Shown here: positions 1 to 10,931 of the stretch, in pieces
How the letters are laid out: every line of letters starts with the position of its first letter
Numbering within the stretch: the stretch's first letter is position 1
Assembly: GCA_964590675.1 (NCBI GenBank)
Contig: CAZPWZ010000002.1
Span: 1-48,438 of the forward strand
Direction of reading: 5' to 3'
Length of the DNA stretch: 48,438 nt
From: an uncultured Draconibacterium sp.
Lineage (GTDB): Bacteria > Bacteroidota > Bacteroidia > Bacteroidales > FEN-979
Program-made: the position numbers and the translations under genes
The notes under the pieces: generated by a model
What the model was told of the DNA's origin: nothing
What the model saw: only the letters and a program-made list of their open reading frames with translations
The model's database searches: none

Positions 1-1869
1 CTGACATCAATTACTTTCTTTACCATAGGGATATTGACACCGGTTACCCTCTTTTCATATTCGGTTGTTCCTTTCCAGGTTTCTACCACCATGTTTATGT
101 CCTACCTGGCCTACGCCTCCTTTATGGCACTCCTCAGAAAAAGAGAAGGGGCTGTCATCATTTTCGTGGGCGTGCTGGTTTCATCTTCCACAATGGTCTC
201 TCAGATACTGTTCCTTAACAACATTTCAAACTTCAACCTGAGTTTTTATATGACTTTCAGTATAATCCTTGCTTTCGCCCAGGTGCTGTTGCTTGCCAAA
301 ATGTTTTCAAGTGCTTTGTCGAGGGTTGAGAATTTTGCTATTGAGCTCGAAACCACCGTGGAAAACCGGACCAGGGAGCTTAGGGTGATGACCGAGGAGC
401 TTAAAACTGCCAAAGAGCAGGCCGATTCGGCGAACCGGGCTAAAAGTGAATTCCTGGCCAACGTGAGTCACGAGATCCGTACTCCCATGAATGCCATCAT
501 CGGCTTTTCCGACCTGCTGTTTCGGAAGATCAAAGACAAAGAATATCTCAGTTACCTGAAATCCATCAAGCTCAGCAGCCACAGCCTGCTGTCGCTGATC
601 AACGACATCCTTGATCTTTCAAAGGTTGAGGCCGGCAAACTATCACTGGAGTATGAATATGTGAACCTGGAGCAGCTGGCTTACGAGATGGAGACTATGT
701 TCTCGCTCAGGACAGATGAGAAAGGGCTGAAGTTCAGCGTAGAGCTGGAGACGAGTGGCGGCCGGCTGGTGTACCTGGATGAAACACGGTTACGACAGGT
801 GATGATAAATCTGCTTGGCAATGCAGTCAAGTTTACCGAGAGCGGTCATGTAACGCTCAGAATACTGAACCGGGCATCGTCTCATACAAATGACTTGGAA
901 TCGGAGCTTGTTATCGAAGTTGAAGATACAGGAATTGGCATTAAAAACGAATCCATCAACACGATTTTTGCTTCCTTCACTCAGCAGAAAGGACAAAGTA
1001 CGAAGAAGTACGGAGGGACAGGCCTTGGGCTTGCCATCACGCAGAAACTGGTTCAACTGATGAAAGGAGAGATAGAGGTCGAAAGTGAGTTTGGAATAGG
1101 TAGTACTTTCAGGGTAAGGTTTAGAATGGTAAAGGCATCGGAAACAGGCGAATTGGTGGACGCGTCAGTGGCTGATGCAGCCAGGGTACGATTCCACGAT
1201 GCACTGATTCTGATCATTGAAGATGTAAACGACAACCGTGAGGACCTGGGGAAGATTCTGAGTGGGTTTGGACTGAGGACGGTGAAGAGTTTCAACGGGG
1301 CAGAGGGACTTGAAAAGCTTTACGAATTTCATCCAAACCTGGTGATGACCGACATCCGGCTGCCTGTGATGGACGGGTATGAGTTCGTAAAGCGAGTGAG
1401 GACTGACGAAGCGATAAGGAATATCCCTGTAATCACCACCACAGCCTCGGCCATGGATGAAGTAAGAAATAATTACAGGGAAAAGGGCTTCGACCAGGTT
1501 TTACTTAAACCCATCGAGCCTGACAATCTTTTAATCGTGCTGAAGCAATACCTGAAACATGATTCCAGCGATGAGGCGGGAGAGTCGCTTCAGGAACAGG
1601 TTTACCCTGCCGACGAAAGTCTGAAGACCCTGTTGCCGGAATTTGATAGCATGTTCCTGACTGACCTGGAGAAACTACTGCTGCAACAGCCTATGGACGA
1701 TGTCCAGGCTTTTGCCGAAAAACTGGTTGCATTCGGAAAGGAAAGTGAAAACGGGAGGATCAGAGAGTATGGTCAGCAACTTGCCGATTCGGTCAATAAT
1801 TTCGACATAGACCAGATGATAAACCTGCTTAAAGGATTTAAGAGAACTTTTGGGATTGATAGTAAGTAG
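1..1869 (+). CDS. Hybrid sensor histidine kinase/response regulator, 5'-truncated by the window edge (7TM region, HisKA, HATPase_c, receiver, Hpt-like C-terminal tail)
   Basis: Frame 1 is open from base 1, so the track start at 34 is a TTG inside an open frame. H-box [21 protein letters not shown]-binding boxes DTGIGI and GGTGLGLAI. Receiver [13 protein letters not shown]...[14 protein letters not shown]...LLKP. The TM region is collinear with the 7TM region of the downstream paralog. Confidence 0.9.
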   Translation: MTSITFFTIGILTPVTLFSYSVVPFQVSTTMFMSYLAYASFMALLRKREGAVIIFVGVLVSSSTMVSQILFLNNISNFNLSFYMTFSIILAFAQVLLLAKMFSSALSRVENFAIELETTVENRTRELRVMTEELKTAKEQADSANRAKSEFLANVSHEIRTPMNAIIGFSDLLFRKIKDKEYLSYLKSIKLSSHSLLSLINDILDLSKVEAGKLSLEYEYVNLEQLAYEMETMFSLRTDEKGLKFSVELETSGGRLVYLDETRLRQVMINLLGNAVKFTESGHVTLRILNRASSHTNDLESELVIEVEDTGIGIKNESINTIFASFTQQKGQSTKKYGGTGLGLAITQKLVQLMKGEIEVESEFGIGSTFRVRFRMVKASETGELVDASVADAARVRFHDALILIIEDVNDNREDLGKILSGFGLRTVKSFNGAEGLEKLYEFHPNLVMTDIRLPVMDGYEFVKRVRTDEAIRNIPVITTTASAMDEVRNNYREKGFDQVLLKPIEPDNLLIVLKQYLKHDSSDEAGESLQEQVYPADESLKTLLPEFDSMFLTDLEKLLLQQPMDDVQAFAEKLVAFGKESENGRIREYGQQLADSVNNFDIDQMINLLKGFKRTFGIDSK

Positions 1870-1880
1870 AAATCTTATAC

Positions 1881-4727
1881 ATGAGACGTTTGCAATCAGT
1901 AAACAGAATGGGAAGCATTCGATTTTGGCAAAGGATATGCAGAGTCTCCCTGAAATTTCTTATTCTGTTTTTAATTCCGTTGACAGGTCTTTTGACTTCC
2001 TGCAATACTTTCAATGAAAAAAGGGTTGTTGCAAAGAAAGGTGTAATAGATCTCAGTCAATGGGACTTTAGTAAAGATGAGAAAGTCAGGATCGACGGTG
2101 AATGGCAGTTTTATTATGGGGATTTTCTGAACAGCAGGAAAATGGACTCCATGAAATACAAACGTTATGCTTTTGTTCCCGGCAAATGGAAAGGCACGGT
2201 ATGGTGCGGCAGGAAACTTGGCGGATGCGGATACGCCACTTATTATATGAAGGTTATACTTCCAAAAAATAATGACACCCTTGCTGTAAAGATTACATCA
2301 CAGTTGACAGCATACAGCTTCTTCATTAATGGCAAGCTCTCAGCAGAAGCTGGCAAGGTAGGCAGATCGGCCAGGACTTCAATTCCAGATTATCAGGGTT
2401 TTATCATAGATGGTAAGTTTGCCGATACAACCCTGTTTGTTTTCTGGGTTTCGAATTTCAATTACAGGAAAGGAGGATTATCACAGGGCATACAGATCGG
2501 GAATAGTAGACGTCTTATTTCCGATGACAAGAAAATGGCGGAAGTTGTGGTATTCATAGCGGGGATCCTGTTCATGGTTTGCTTCGTGCTGATCAGTTTC
2601 TTCCTTTACAGGCCGAAAGAAAAATCCATCTTTTACCTGAGCCTCTGGGCCTTTTCCTGCCTGGTGAGGTTGCTTTCAGGTGAAGACAGGGTCATCACGC
2701 GCTTTATACCCGATATCGGGTTTGAATTGATAGTTAAGATGGAACTGATCTCTCTGTATGGCATGTATTTTTTTTCTTACCTGGCCATTTTCTGGCTTTA
2801 CCCGAATGAGATCTCGAAACCATGGAAACGCATCATCACGGTTTATTATACGTTTATCATTACTGCCTCTGTTTTTCTGCCTGCTTTATGGAATTCAAAT
2901 TTCGTGACCCCGACACAAATTGTGGGTTTTGCATCGTTTTTACTTATTATCTATGGATTAGTCAGGGCCGTCATCAGGAAAAGAGTCGGAGCAGTCATTG
3001 TTTTGATTGCAATTTTGCTTTCAGTGCAGGCTATGTTCACTCAGGCGTTGTATTACCATTACATGTTGCCCTTCAAGCTGGGTTCCGAAGTGATGTCAAT
3101 CGCTTTTATCCTTGCTTCTGCCCAGGTGATATTACTTGCACGAATGTTTTCCAGCGCCCTGGGTCGTGTTGAGAGCTTTACAGGAGAGTTGGAGACGAAG
3201 GTCTACGAAAGGACAAAGGAACTCCGGGTGATGGCCGAAGAGCTGAAGAAGGCCAAGGAGCAAGCCGACTCTGCCAACAAGGCCAAAAGCGAGTTCCTGG
3301 CCAACGTAAGCCATGAGATCCGCACCCCTATGAATGCAATTATCGGCTTCAGCGACCTGCTCTACCGTAAGATCAAGGACAAGGAATACCTGAGCTACCT
3401 GAAATCTATCAAACTCAGCAGCCACAGCCTGCTGTCGCTGATCAATGACATCCTTGACCTTTCTAAGGTTGAAGCAGGCAAACTTACACTCGAGTATGAA
3501 TATGTGAACCTTGAACAGCTGGCCTACGAAATGGAAACCATGTTCTCTCTAAGGACTGATGAAAAGGGACTGATTTTCAAAGTTGACCTGGAAACTTCTG
3601 CGGGGAAACTCGTTTACCTCGATGAGACCCGGCTCCGTCAGGTGATGATCAACCTGATCGGCAACGCGATCAAATTCACCGAGAACGGGTTTGTAACACT
3701 GAGAATATCCAACCGGGTAAACATCGGAATTCCTGATAGTAAAGGAGAACCCTCCTCAGAATTGCAAATCGAAGTGGAGGATTCAGGGATCGGTATTAAA
3801 AAAGAATCCATAGACAAGATATTTGCCTCCTTTACCCAACAGGAGGGACAGAGTACCAAAAAATACGGGGGAACAGGACTGGGGCTGGCTATCACACAAA
3901 AACTCGTTCAGTTGATGAACGGGGAGATCAGCGTGGAAAGTGAACCTGGCAAAGGAAGCATATTCAGGATCAGATTTGCAGGGGTCAAAACATCCGATAC
4001 TGGCGAGGGAATAGAAACATCATTGGTCAGCGAGGCCGGCCTGAGATTTTCAGATGCACTCGTACTGGTTGTCGATGATGTGCAGGATAACCGGGAATAC
4101 CTTTCCGAGATACTTGCCGAATTTGGTCTGCGTTCAGTCAAGTCCGATAATGGCGAAGAGGGGTTGCAGAAACTATACAAATTCCATCCCGACCTGGTAA
4201 TGACTGATGTGAGAATGCCGGTGATGGATGGGTATGAATTTGTGAAAAGAGTGAAAGCTGATAAATCAATTATGGAAACTCCCGTTGTTGCAACCACGGC
4301 TTCAGCACTTGATGAAATCAAATGGAAATATAAGGAATACGGGTTCGACCAGGTGCTTATTAAGCCTATCGAGGTCGACGACCTGTTGAAAATCCTCAGG
4401 CAGTTCCTCAGGTATGAAACTTTTGGCGAACTGGGAATCAAGTCTGAAAGGGATCCCGGCCCATCTATTGATGAAAGCCTCAACGCCCTGATGCCGGAGA
4501 TCGAAAAATTATTTATCCCGGATTTACAGAAGCTCCTGGAGCAACAGCCAATGGATGATGTTATGGCCTTTGCTTGCCGGCTTAAAGATTTTGGAAAGGA
4601 AAGAAATTCCGAAAAAATAATGGATTATGGCAACCTGCTGATAGAATCAGTACAGAACTTCGATATCGACCAGATGCTGATCCTGCTCAGGGGTTTCAAA
4701 AAGAATTTCGGACTGATTAACCTTTGA
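1881..4727 (+). CDS. Hybrid sensor histidine kinase/response regulator with N-terminal 7TMR-DISM extracellular and 7TM domains
   Basis: 948-aa ORF. N-terminus [30 protein letters not shown] is typical of 7TMR-DISMED2 and is followed by about 7 hydrophobic helices. H-box [18 protein letters not shown], HATPase_c ([15 protein letters not shown]), receiver ([13 protein letters not shown]...[14 protein letters not shown]...LIKP). An alternative start at 1908 (MGSIRF) is possible. Confidence 0.9.
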   Translation: MRRLQSVNRMGSIRFWQRICRVSLKFLILFLIPLTGLLTSCNTFNEKRVVAKKGVIDLSQWDFSKDEKVRIDGEWQFYYGDFLNSRKMDSMKYKRYAFVPGKWKGTVWCGRKLGGCGYATYYMKVILPKNNDTLAVKITSQLTAYSFFINGKLSAEAGKVGRSARTSIPDYQGFIIDGKFADTTLFVFWVSNFNYRKGGLSQGIQIGNSRRLISDDKKMAEVVVFIAGILFMVCFVLISFFLYRPKEKSIFYLSLWAFSCLVRLLSGEDRVITRFIPDIGFELIVKMELISLYGMYFFSYLAIFWLYPNEISKPWKRIITVYYTFIITASVFLPALWNSNFVTPTQIVGFASFLLIIYGLVRAVIRKRVGAVIVLIAILLSVQAMFTQALYYHYMLPFKLGSEVMSIAFILASAQVILLARMFSSALGRVESFTGELETKVYERTKELRVMAEELKKAKEQADSANKAKSEFLANVSHEIRTPMNAIIGFSDLLYRKIKDKEYLSYLKSIKLSSHSLLSLINDILDLSKVEAGKLTLEYEYVNLEQLAYEMETMFSLRTDEKGLIFKVDLETSAGKLVYLDETRLRQVMINLIGNAIKFTENGFVTLRISNRVNIGIPDSKGEPSSELQIEVEDSGIGIKKESIDKIFASFTQQEGQSTKKYGGTGLGLAITQKLVQLMNGEISVESEPGKGSIFRIRFAGVKTSDTGEGIETSLVSEAGLRFSDALVLVVDDVQDNREYLSEILAEFGLRSVKSDNGEEGLQKLYKFHPDLVMTDVRMPVMDGYEFVKRVKADKSIMETPVVATTASALDEIKWKYKEYGFDQVLIKPIEVDDLLKILRQFLRYETFGELGIKSERDPGPSIDESLNALMPEIEKLFIPDLQKLLEQQPMDDVMAFACRLKDFGKERNSEKIMDYGNLLIESVQNFDIDQMLILLRGFKKNFGLINL

Positions 4728-4773
4728 TTTTGAAGTTCAGAAAAAGAAATTAAAGGATGATGTTATTTGATCC

Positions 4774-7659
4774 CTATTTCATCAACTCATCAAAGGTCAA
4801 TGAAATATAATAGATGCCACCGACGGTGGGGCCACCATAGAAGGTGACATGCCTGTTGTTCAGGATGTCTGATCCGCCTAGTTTCACGATTGTTTTAAGT
4901 TTCCGGAATGTATAGCTTACCTGGGCATCGATGGTATTGCAGGCAGGAACCTGGCCGTTCTGTACGAAGTTCGAATTCCATGCATAGGCATCCTGCCATC
5001 TCCAGGCGAAGTTGAATCCAAAATTCCTGAACACATTGTTGTTGCCAAAGGTGACGTTGACTACGTGTTCCGGAGTATTGTAAGTATTGACAAAATTGTC
5101 AGGCATTTCGCTGGTGATCAAATGGTTCCAGGCATAGTTGATCCCGGCCCGGTATCCTTTGTATATCAGGTAGTCCAGGCCAAGTGCAATGCCATCCGAT
5201 TTCAGGGTTTCCGGATCGTTGGAGGCGATCTGGAATGTATTATCCGCATCCCCGGCCAATAACCCGTACATTGCAGCCTGTGTGGGATCGGTGAAGGGAT
5301 TGACGGGATTACCACTGGCATCCTGCGCCTGTCTTACCCGCACACTGGTGATGAAATCATCGTATATGTTATAATAATAATAGGCATCGATCATCAGTTT
5401 GTTGAACAACATTCCCCGGTAACCTGCTTCAATTACCTGTATGCGTTCAGGTTTCAGCTGTTCCCAGGTGGTATAAGGTACCAGGAGCGCGGGATTCGGT
5501 TTCCCTGCGATCACCGATTCGGTAAACGCATTGACGGAAGCCATCGTATAGGTCCATTCACCGATCCTGTACCTGTCATAAAACTCCTGCAGGCCGCCGA
5601 TGACCCGGGCGCTGATTACGTTCAGGTCCATATACTGATCCATGGTGTTGGGATTCCGGAATCCGGTTTGGTATGACATCCTGATATTATGATTTTTGAA
5701 AAAGGTATAAACACCTGAAACCCTTGGGGTGAACTGCCCATTGAAGTTTTCGCTTTTATCAAACCTGAGGGATAATGCAAGCCGCAGGTGATCTTTAAAC
5801 AGGTTTTTTGAAGCCTCCGCATAGGCACCATATTCATTGATACGGATGGGGTTTTCCTTGGAATCAGCGAAAATAGTCCCGTTTGATCTCAGGTCGTACA
5901 TCCTCCAGTTGGCGCCTACGACCAGGCTGAGAAACTTTATCTCATTCCTGAAGTCATACTGGCCCTCTGCGTGATAGAAACGGGTGCGGTCATAAAACAG
6001 GGCGCCATCCGGGACCGTCAGGCCGTTAATGCTGTCAAGGGCATTCTGAAACTGGGTGCTTCCGGGTTCCCACCTGCCTTTATCAGCATTTGTCCGGGAG
6101 GCTATGTGAATGTTGCTGACCGCTGAAGAGTTATTAAACAGGGTATTCATTGCATCCTGGTTGAATACGGGACTCCCGGTTGCCGCAACATTCGCCTGGA
6201 TCATGGCACCCGCAAAGGTACCGCCGTAAGTTCCGTACCATGTGGAGTTGTTCCGGTAGGAATTGTTTATGGCATAACCGGTAAAATCGATGATGTATGA
6301 ATCACCTGAGTTTTCAAAGGAGGCATATCCCATCAGGTTCCAGTTGCTGCCTTTCAGTTCCAGCTTGTGAAACTGGTTGAACGCATTTTTAATGGCATAC
6401 CGCTGGGCTGCAGTTGCCACGAGCGTTGCCTTTGCTGCATTGAAAAAGTAACTGATCTCCATGTTGTCGGTAATCCGGTAATTCAATCCTGCATTGAACT
6501 TAAGGTTTTCAGCGTTGTAATCGGCAAGTACATATTCAGGGTAACCTGTCCGGTTCACATTGGTTGCGGGCAAGGCGGCAACATAGGGGGCAACCACGCT
6601 TGCCGGAAGGCCCGTTTGGGCTGCAATGGAATTGACCAGCGCCTGGGAGCTTCGCAGCAAACCGAGGTTCAGGCCCCCGTCATCACCATACAGGTTAACC
6701 CCGTCATAGGCCGGGTTAATGCTTAAACTGCCCTGCATGGATGTGTTTTTATCTGAATAATTATGCGCCACCCAATCGTTTGCTTTCGACCAGAGAAAAT
6801 TTACTTTAAAGGCAAACTTGTTGTTGAATGCTTTGGCATACCGCAATGCCACTTCATACATGGGCTGAGGATTCGAGGGATCGCCCAGGTCGGGTTCACT
6901 GCCAAAATGGTTGAACCCCAGTTTCACACCTGCACTTAAGCCCTGGTATTCGAAAGGGCTTTTGCTGGTAAAAAGCATGATGCCATTGAATGCATTGGGC
7001 CCGTAGAGTGCGGATGCCGCACCCGGCAACAGCTCCACGTTGGCTATATCAAGTGAAGAGGGAAGGTTGGTGCTCCCGAATGCGAAATTCATGGTAGGCG
7101 ACTGGACATCCATGCCATCGAGCAACTGAACGAACCGTGAATTATTGGGTCTCGAAAATCCGCGGGTATTCACCACCTGGAAGTTCACCCCGCTGCTGAT
7201 CATTTCCACCCCTTTCCTTACAGAGATTGCTTTATAATAATCATCCGAGGCTACATTGCGAATTTCTACCGAACTCATTTTCTCGATGGAAACAGGTGAT
7301 TTCATGATCTTTTCCTCCACCCTCGAAGGTGCGCGAACCTGCACCTCTTCCAAGGTCGTGGCTGATTCGGCCAGGATGATCACAAGGCTCGCGGTGTCGC
7401 GGGTTATCTCTATCACCTGGCTTTTATACCCGATCATGGATACCTCCAGCCAAACCGGCGGGAGAGTTTTCACTGTCAGACGGAAATCGCCGCGGTTGTC
7501 GCTGGTTGTGCCGGTGATTTTGTCCCTAACGAAGATGTTGACGCCAGTCATGGGTTCATTGGCTGTATCTTTTATATGGCCGGTAATCGTGATGTGCTGT
7601 GCAACAGCTGATAATAGGGTTCCGGCCAGGATTACAATAAGTACGAGTTTTTTTACCAT
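4774..7659 (-). CDS. TonB-dependent receptor with N-terminal carboxypeptidase-regulatory-like domain, plug and beta-barrel
   Basis: 961-aa ORF. Signal peptide MVKKLVLIVILAGTLLSAVAQ. ITITGHIKDTANEPMTGVNIFV...SDNRGDFRL matches the CarboxypepD_reg pattern. Plug-like VSIEKMSSVEIRN and a long Gly/Tyr/Asn-rich barrel. No SusD-like partner gene is adjacent. Confidence 0.88.
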   Translation of the reverse strand: MVKKLVLIVILAGTLLSAVAQHITITGHIKDTANEPMTGVNIFVRDKITGTTSDNRGDFRLTVKTLPPVWLEVSMIGYKSQVIEITRDTASLVIILAESATTLEEVQVRAPSRVEEKIMKSPVSIEKMSSVEIRNVASDDYYKAISVRKGVEMISSGVNFQVVNTRGFSRPNNSRFVQLLDGMDVQSPTMNFAFGSTNLPSSLDIANVELLPGAASALYGPNAFNGIMLFTSKSPFEYQGLSAGVKLGFNHFGSEPDLGDPSNPQPMYEVALRYAKAFNNKFAFKVNFLWSKANDWVAHNYSDKNTSMQGSLSINPAYDGVNLYGDDGGLNLGLLRSSQALVNSIAAQTGLPASVVAPYVAALPATNVNRTGYPEYVLADYNAENLKFNAGLNYRITDNMEISYFFNAAKATLVATAAQRYAIKNAFNQFHKLELKGSNWNLMGYASFENSGDSYIIDFTGYAINNSYRNNSTWYGTYGGTFAGAMIQANVAATGSPVFNQDAMNTLFNNSSAVSNIHIASRTNADKGRWEPGSTQFQNALDSINGLTVPDGALFYDRTRFYHAEGQYDFRNEIKFLSLVVGANWRMYDLRSNGTIFADSKENPIRINEYGAYAEASKNLFKDHLRLALSLRFDKSENFNGQFTPRVSGVYTFFKNHNIRMSYQTGFRNPNTMDQYMDLNVISARVIGGLQEFYDRYRIGEWTYTMASVNAFTESVIAGKPNPALLVPYTTWEQLKPERIQVIEAGYRGMLFNKLMIDAYYYYNIYDDFITSVRVRQAQDASGNPVNPFTDPTQAAMYGLLAGDADNTFQIASNDPETLKSDGIALGLDYLIYKGYRAGINYAWNHLITSEMPDNFVNTYNTPEHVVNVTFGNNNVFRNFGFNFAWRWQDAYAWNSNFVQNGQVPACNTIDAQVSYTFRKLKTIVKLGGSDILNNRHVTFYGGPTVGGIYYISLTFDELMK

Positions 7660-7721
7660 GTGTCCGAAGGATATATGAGTAATCTGTTCCTAAATATTGT
7701 TTTACTGGAATACTGATGGAA

Positions 7722-7729
7722 CAAATATA
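7722..7729 (-). promoter_or_regulatory. Candidate Bacteroidota -7 promoter box (TAnnTTTG) for the TonB-dependent receptor
   Basis: Plus strand CAAATATA is TATATTTG on the minus strand, 63 nt upstream of the start at 7659. Confidence 0.35.
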
Positions 7730-7960
7730 ATGGTTTACAAGCCTGATGTCAAGTCCTTTAATGGGTTTTGTCTCTCATGCGGCATAACATGAAAACAACA
7801 GGCACCGCCGACACCTTTTTTTAATCGTCACCCCACCGGCGTTTCGAAGAGATTGTTGGAAGTTCTTTGAAAGTCTTGATATATGTTCGTTTGCTGAGTT
7901 TTTTTTCAAGCAACGATTTGAATGCTTGAAGGTGTTGAAGAGACCTCACAGGATGCGATC

Positions 7961-8386
7961 TCATTCGTCGTTATCATCATCGTACTTATATATGCGGCTT
8001 CTAATAATGCCAATGATACCTGCAAGAATGCCGGCAGCGAAAATACCTCCAATGGCCCAGGCAAGACTTTCAGCCCCATGTACGGGTAATTTTCCGGCTT
8101 TCTCCATATTTACCAAATAATCGCCGGGTAAATTAATAATGATTATTGGCAATGCTACGAATATCACTATGCTTAATGCATAATAACTTGCTTTTTGCCA
8201 GGGATGCAGAAGAGAATAAAATAACAAGGTAAATCCGGCAAAATACAAAACGGCAAACAGGCTATTGCCCTTGGAAAAAATCATCCCTGGAATCGCAATG
8301 GAAATTATTGCCGCTGCGACCAATATAAGGATCAAAGCTTTCCTTAGTCGACCAGGATCAGGCCTGGAAAAGAACGGAGTTTTCAT
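7961..8386 (-). CDS. Small multi-pass membrane protein with acidic C-terminal tail (paralog 1)
   Basis: The likely start is MKTPFFSRP at 8386, because an exact -7 box lies inside the longer track ORF (7961..8467). About 4 hydrophobic helices. Tail YKYDDDNDE. About 70% aa identity to the 10928..11341 product. Confidence 0.7.
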   Translation of the reverse strand: MKTPFFSRPDPGRLRKALILILVAAAIISIAIPGMIFSKGNSLFAVLYFAGFTLLFYSLLHPWQKASYYALSIVIFVALPIIIINLPGDYLVNMEKAGKLPVHGAESLAWAIGGIFAAGILAGIIGIIRSRIYKYDDDNDE

Positions 8387-8403
8387 ATTCCTTGACTTTA
8401 CAT

Positions 8404-8411
8404 CAAAAATA
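8404..8411 (-). promoter_or_regulatory. Candidate -7 promoter box (TATTTTTG on minus strand) of membrane-protein paralog 1
   Basis: Plus strand CAAAAATA, 18 nt upstream of ATG 8386. A TTG lies about 20 nt further upstream (minus-strand GATTGACTTT). The identical arrangement occurs at paralog 2. Confidence 0.45.
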
Positions 8412-8485
8412 CTACATAACCGATTTAAAGTCAATCTTTTTGGAAGCAGTATTTGTATCCTGATCAAAAAAACACATTTGTAGCT

Positions 8486-8608
8486 GGAAAAGCCGCTTAA
8501 GGTGACCCTCTCGGCCGATGTAAATTGAATGACCCGTTAATTGATTGTTAATGGGTTGAAGTGGTCAGCAAAAATTGGCGAACAGGGATCAATGCGTCCG
8601 GCCTGTCC
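8486..8608 (-). repeat. ~124-bp TIR-bounded intergenic repeat, copy A (full length)
   Basis: Starts GGAAAAGCCG and ends CCGGCCTGTCC. Shares blocks with copies C, D, E and F: AATTGATTGTTAAT, GTGGTCAGCAAAAATYGG, GGCCTGTCC. Strand is arbitrary, given relative to copies D/E/F. Confidence 0.75.
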
Positions 8609-8762
8609 GGCGGGGCAACTTTATAACTGCCAGGTGGAGGGGAACACCGGGGCTTTTCTCCATCGTAAAATTCAGCCGTAATTTACTTGTAATCTTCTGA
8701 TATTCTTTGTATATTTAGGGCATTTCCGGGGAATCTCGGTTAAAAACAAAAACGGAGGAAAA

Positions 8763-10256
8763 ATGAAAAATCAACAACAAAGGTCAATGAAACTCCGTAA
8801 TGACCATTTCTTTTCGAAGGTCTTTTCTGGAGTACTTATCACTTTGCTGATGGCAACCAGTCAGGGATTTGCGCAGCAAGATCAATCGAAATCAATTATT
8901 TCGAAGGAGCAGCAACAAAAACTCAACCTGATGAAATTAAAAGGGGTTGATGCCTCATTAACGATCCTGCCTGTCAGGCTAATGGGAGAACCAGAGGGGA
9001 GGATCTCTGAAATTGTGGGTGCCTTACTTGAACAGCAGGGGCTGAAAAACATTGAGCTGGGTAAAACAGCATTTATTCCCGGGTCAAAACTCAGCCTTGA
9101 TAAACTGGCCGATTCGGCGGGTAAATTCGTGAAAAATCATCCTCCGGCAACAGATTATGTATTGTATGCTGAAATGAACGGCGAGATGCAAAAACACTCG
9201 ATAAACGAGGTCATAGGGATTGTGGTGGATAAAACCGGTGAATTGGTGTGGTCTGATCTCCTGGGTCCGAAGGACGAAGCCTTCAGGCAAGTGGAGGATC
9301 CTGACCCGTTAGGCTTTTCGGTGCTCCTTGCAACGAGGCTTGGTCCGCAGATGGGGCTAAACGAGGAAACCGCAAAAAACGCCAAACCTGGTAAGATGGC
9401 AGCGATCATGAGCGAAAGGAGCGGTGTCCCGCCTGATAATGAAAGAGAGGCAATGCCTGATCGACAGAAAGTCCTGAAAGAGAATTTCAAAAAATTCACT
9501 CTTATCGTTTTCCCCATACGTGCAAACGGGGAAGCGAACGCCGGGGGCGCAACAGGGCTTATTAAGCTGATCAACGATGCCGGATTGTGCGAGGCCCTGC
9601 CTTCGAAGGATGCCCTGTTGCTGAAAACCTCTCAGGAAGGGCCGAATGAAATGAAAAAAATGTGGGACCTGGCTCGCGATTTCAGGGATTATGTCAAAAA
9701 GAATCCACAGGAAGCAGATTATTTGCTTTACGCCGATTATCTGATGACGGGTTATGTACATTTCGTGATTTGCGATCGAAGCGGCGAGTGGGTTATTGCT
9801 GATCTGCAGAATTCAACCATGCCGGATTTCAGGGCCTATGATATTTCGAAGGTTGATGGCTGCAACAGGCTGGTGGTTGCACGCCTGCAAAAGTACCTGA
9901 AAACATCTGTCGTGGAGGTGGTGCGTGAAACGATGCAGAAATCAGGTTTGGATGCCGCCAATGCGAAATTCAAAGAAATCCGGGCCGACATGTCCGGATA
10001 CTACCTGTCGGAGGAGGAGATGAATGCATTGGGCTATGAATACCTCTTATCGAAGAATGTAAAGGAAGCTATTGCCGTTTTTAAAATGAATGTGGAAGCA
10101 TTTCCTGAATCCTGGAATGTATACGACAGCCTGGGAGAGGCATATGCGGCTGCAGGGGAGAAGGACCTTGCCATCAGCAATTATGAGAAATCGGTTCAGT
10201 TGAATCCCCAAAGCCAGAGCGGCGCAGAAGCCCTTAAAAAGCTGAAGGCAAAATAA
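8763..10256 (+). CDS. Secreted protein with two tandem copies of an unknown ~140-aa domain plus C-terminal TPR repeats
   Basis: 497-aa ORF. Signal-like VLITLLMATSQGFAQQ. Internal duplication: ADSAGKFVKNHPPATDYVLYAEM...IGIVVDKTGELVWSDL versus ARDFRDYVKKNPQEADYLLYADY...VHFVICDRSGEWVIADL. TPR-like WNVYDSLGEAYAAAGEKDLAISNYEKSVQLNP. GGAGGA lies 5 nt before the ATG. Confidence 0.85.
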   Translation: MKNQQQRSMKLRNDHFFSKVFSGVLITLLMATSQGFAQQDQSKSIISKEQQQKLNLMKLKGVDASLTILPVRLMGEPEGRISEIVGALLEQQGLKNIELGKTAFIPGSKLSLDKLADSAGKFVKNHPPATDYVLYAEMNGEMQKHSINEVIGIVVDKTGELVWSDLLGPKDEAFRQVEDPDPLGFSVLLATRLGPQMGLNEETAKNAKPGKMAAIMSERSGVPPDNEREAMPDRQKVLKENFKKFTLIVFPIRANGEANAGGATGLIKLINDAGLCEALPSKDALLLKTSQEGPNEMKKMWDLARDFRDYVKKNPQEADYLLYADYLMTGYVHFVICDRSGEWVIADLQNSTMPDFRAYDISKVDGCNRLVVARLQKYLKTSVVEVVRETMQKSGLDAANAKFKEIRADMSGYYLSEEEMNALGYEYLLSKNVKEAIAVFKMNVEAFPESWNVYDSLGEAYAAAGEKDLAISNYEKSVQLNPQSQSGAEALKKLKAK

Positions 10257-10298
10257 CTGACTGATCTTGCAGATGACAACACACCATGCACAATCGCC

Positions 10299-10931
10299 AT
10301 GACAGTTACAACCAATAAAGAAAAATTCCATTTCTGGATTAACTGGACATTATTAAGCCTGGTGATAATAATTCCCGGATATATTGCAGGGGGAATTGTC
10401 TTGCTCCTGATTCACGGTGCATTTGGATTTACTCAAAATGACTGGGGAACTCCTCTTTCACAAACACTCGGGCATATTGCAGCAGGAGGCGTCCTGGGGC
10501 TTGCAGTGGGTTTATTTCAAAGGTCATATTTAAAGAAGCTGTTCGATGTGCCAGCGCTTTGGATTTATGCACTGATCATTGGATTTATTGTAATTGAGCT
10601 GATTTCGGGCATTATTTTGGCCCAAATGGGAATCAACCGGGGAGAAATAAAATTCTTTGAATATAAAACGCCGGGACATCCTCCCGGCGAATCCCTGATC
10701 TATGCTCTTGCAGGATTGGTTGCAGGTATTATTCAATGGCCAATTTTGAACAGATACTTTTCGCGCAGTTTTTTTTGGGTACTGGCCAGCACATCAGGCT
10801 GGGGAATCTGTTTTATGATAACCATGCTGTCTGTGTGGGCGTTCATTCCTGGTGCATTATTGTACGGGGCCATTACCGGCGGTACATTAATGTGGCTAAT
10901 GAGAATCAAGAAGGATAATGATGTTCATTAG
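10299..10931 (+). CDS. Multi-pass integral membrane protein, unknown function
   Basis: 210-aa ORF dominated by hydrophobic helices. Sits 42 nt downstream of the TPR gene on the same strand. Internal repeat GGVLGLAVGLFQRSYLKKLF... versus AGLVAGIIQWPILNRYFSRSF... Confidence 0.72.
   Translation: MTVTTNKEKFHFWINWTLLSLVIIIPGYIAGGIVLLLIHGAFGFTQNDWGTPLSQTLGHIAAGGVLGLAVGLFQRSYLKKLFDVPALWIYALIIGFIVIELISGIILAQMGINRGEIKFFEYKTPGHPPGESLIYALAGLVAGIIQWPILNRYFSRSFFWVLASTSGWGICFMITMLSVWAFIPGALLYGAITGGTLMWLMRIKKDNDVH

Noticed and set aside
4774-7659. Possible SusC/SusD polysaccharide utilisation locus
   Set aside because: The receptor has the CarboxypepD_reg-plug-barrel layout. But no SusD-like lipoprotein gene follows it, and no glycoside hydrolases are adjacent. 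I call it only a TonB-dependent receptor.
7899-7929. Hairpin TCAAGCA...TGCTTGA with an adjacent T8 run, considered as terminator of the 7961-8386 gene
   Set aside because: On the minus strand, the gene's strand, the hairpin is followed by an A-run rather than a U-run. On the plus strand the T-run precedes the hairpin. This geometry is wrong for an intrinsic terminator on either strand.
7660-7960. Possible riboswitch or leader upstream of the TonB-dependent receptor
   Set aside because: I could not find cobalamin (B12-box), TPP or other riboswitch core sequences by eye. I cannot run a covariance-model scan, so no call is made.
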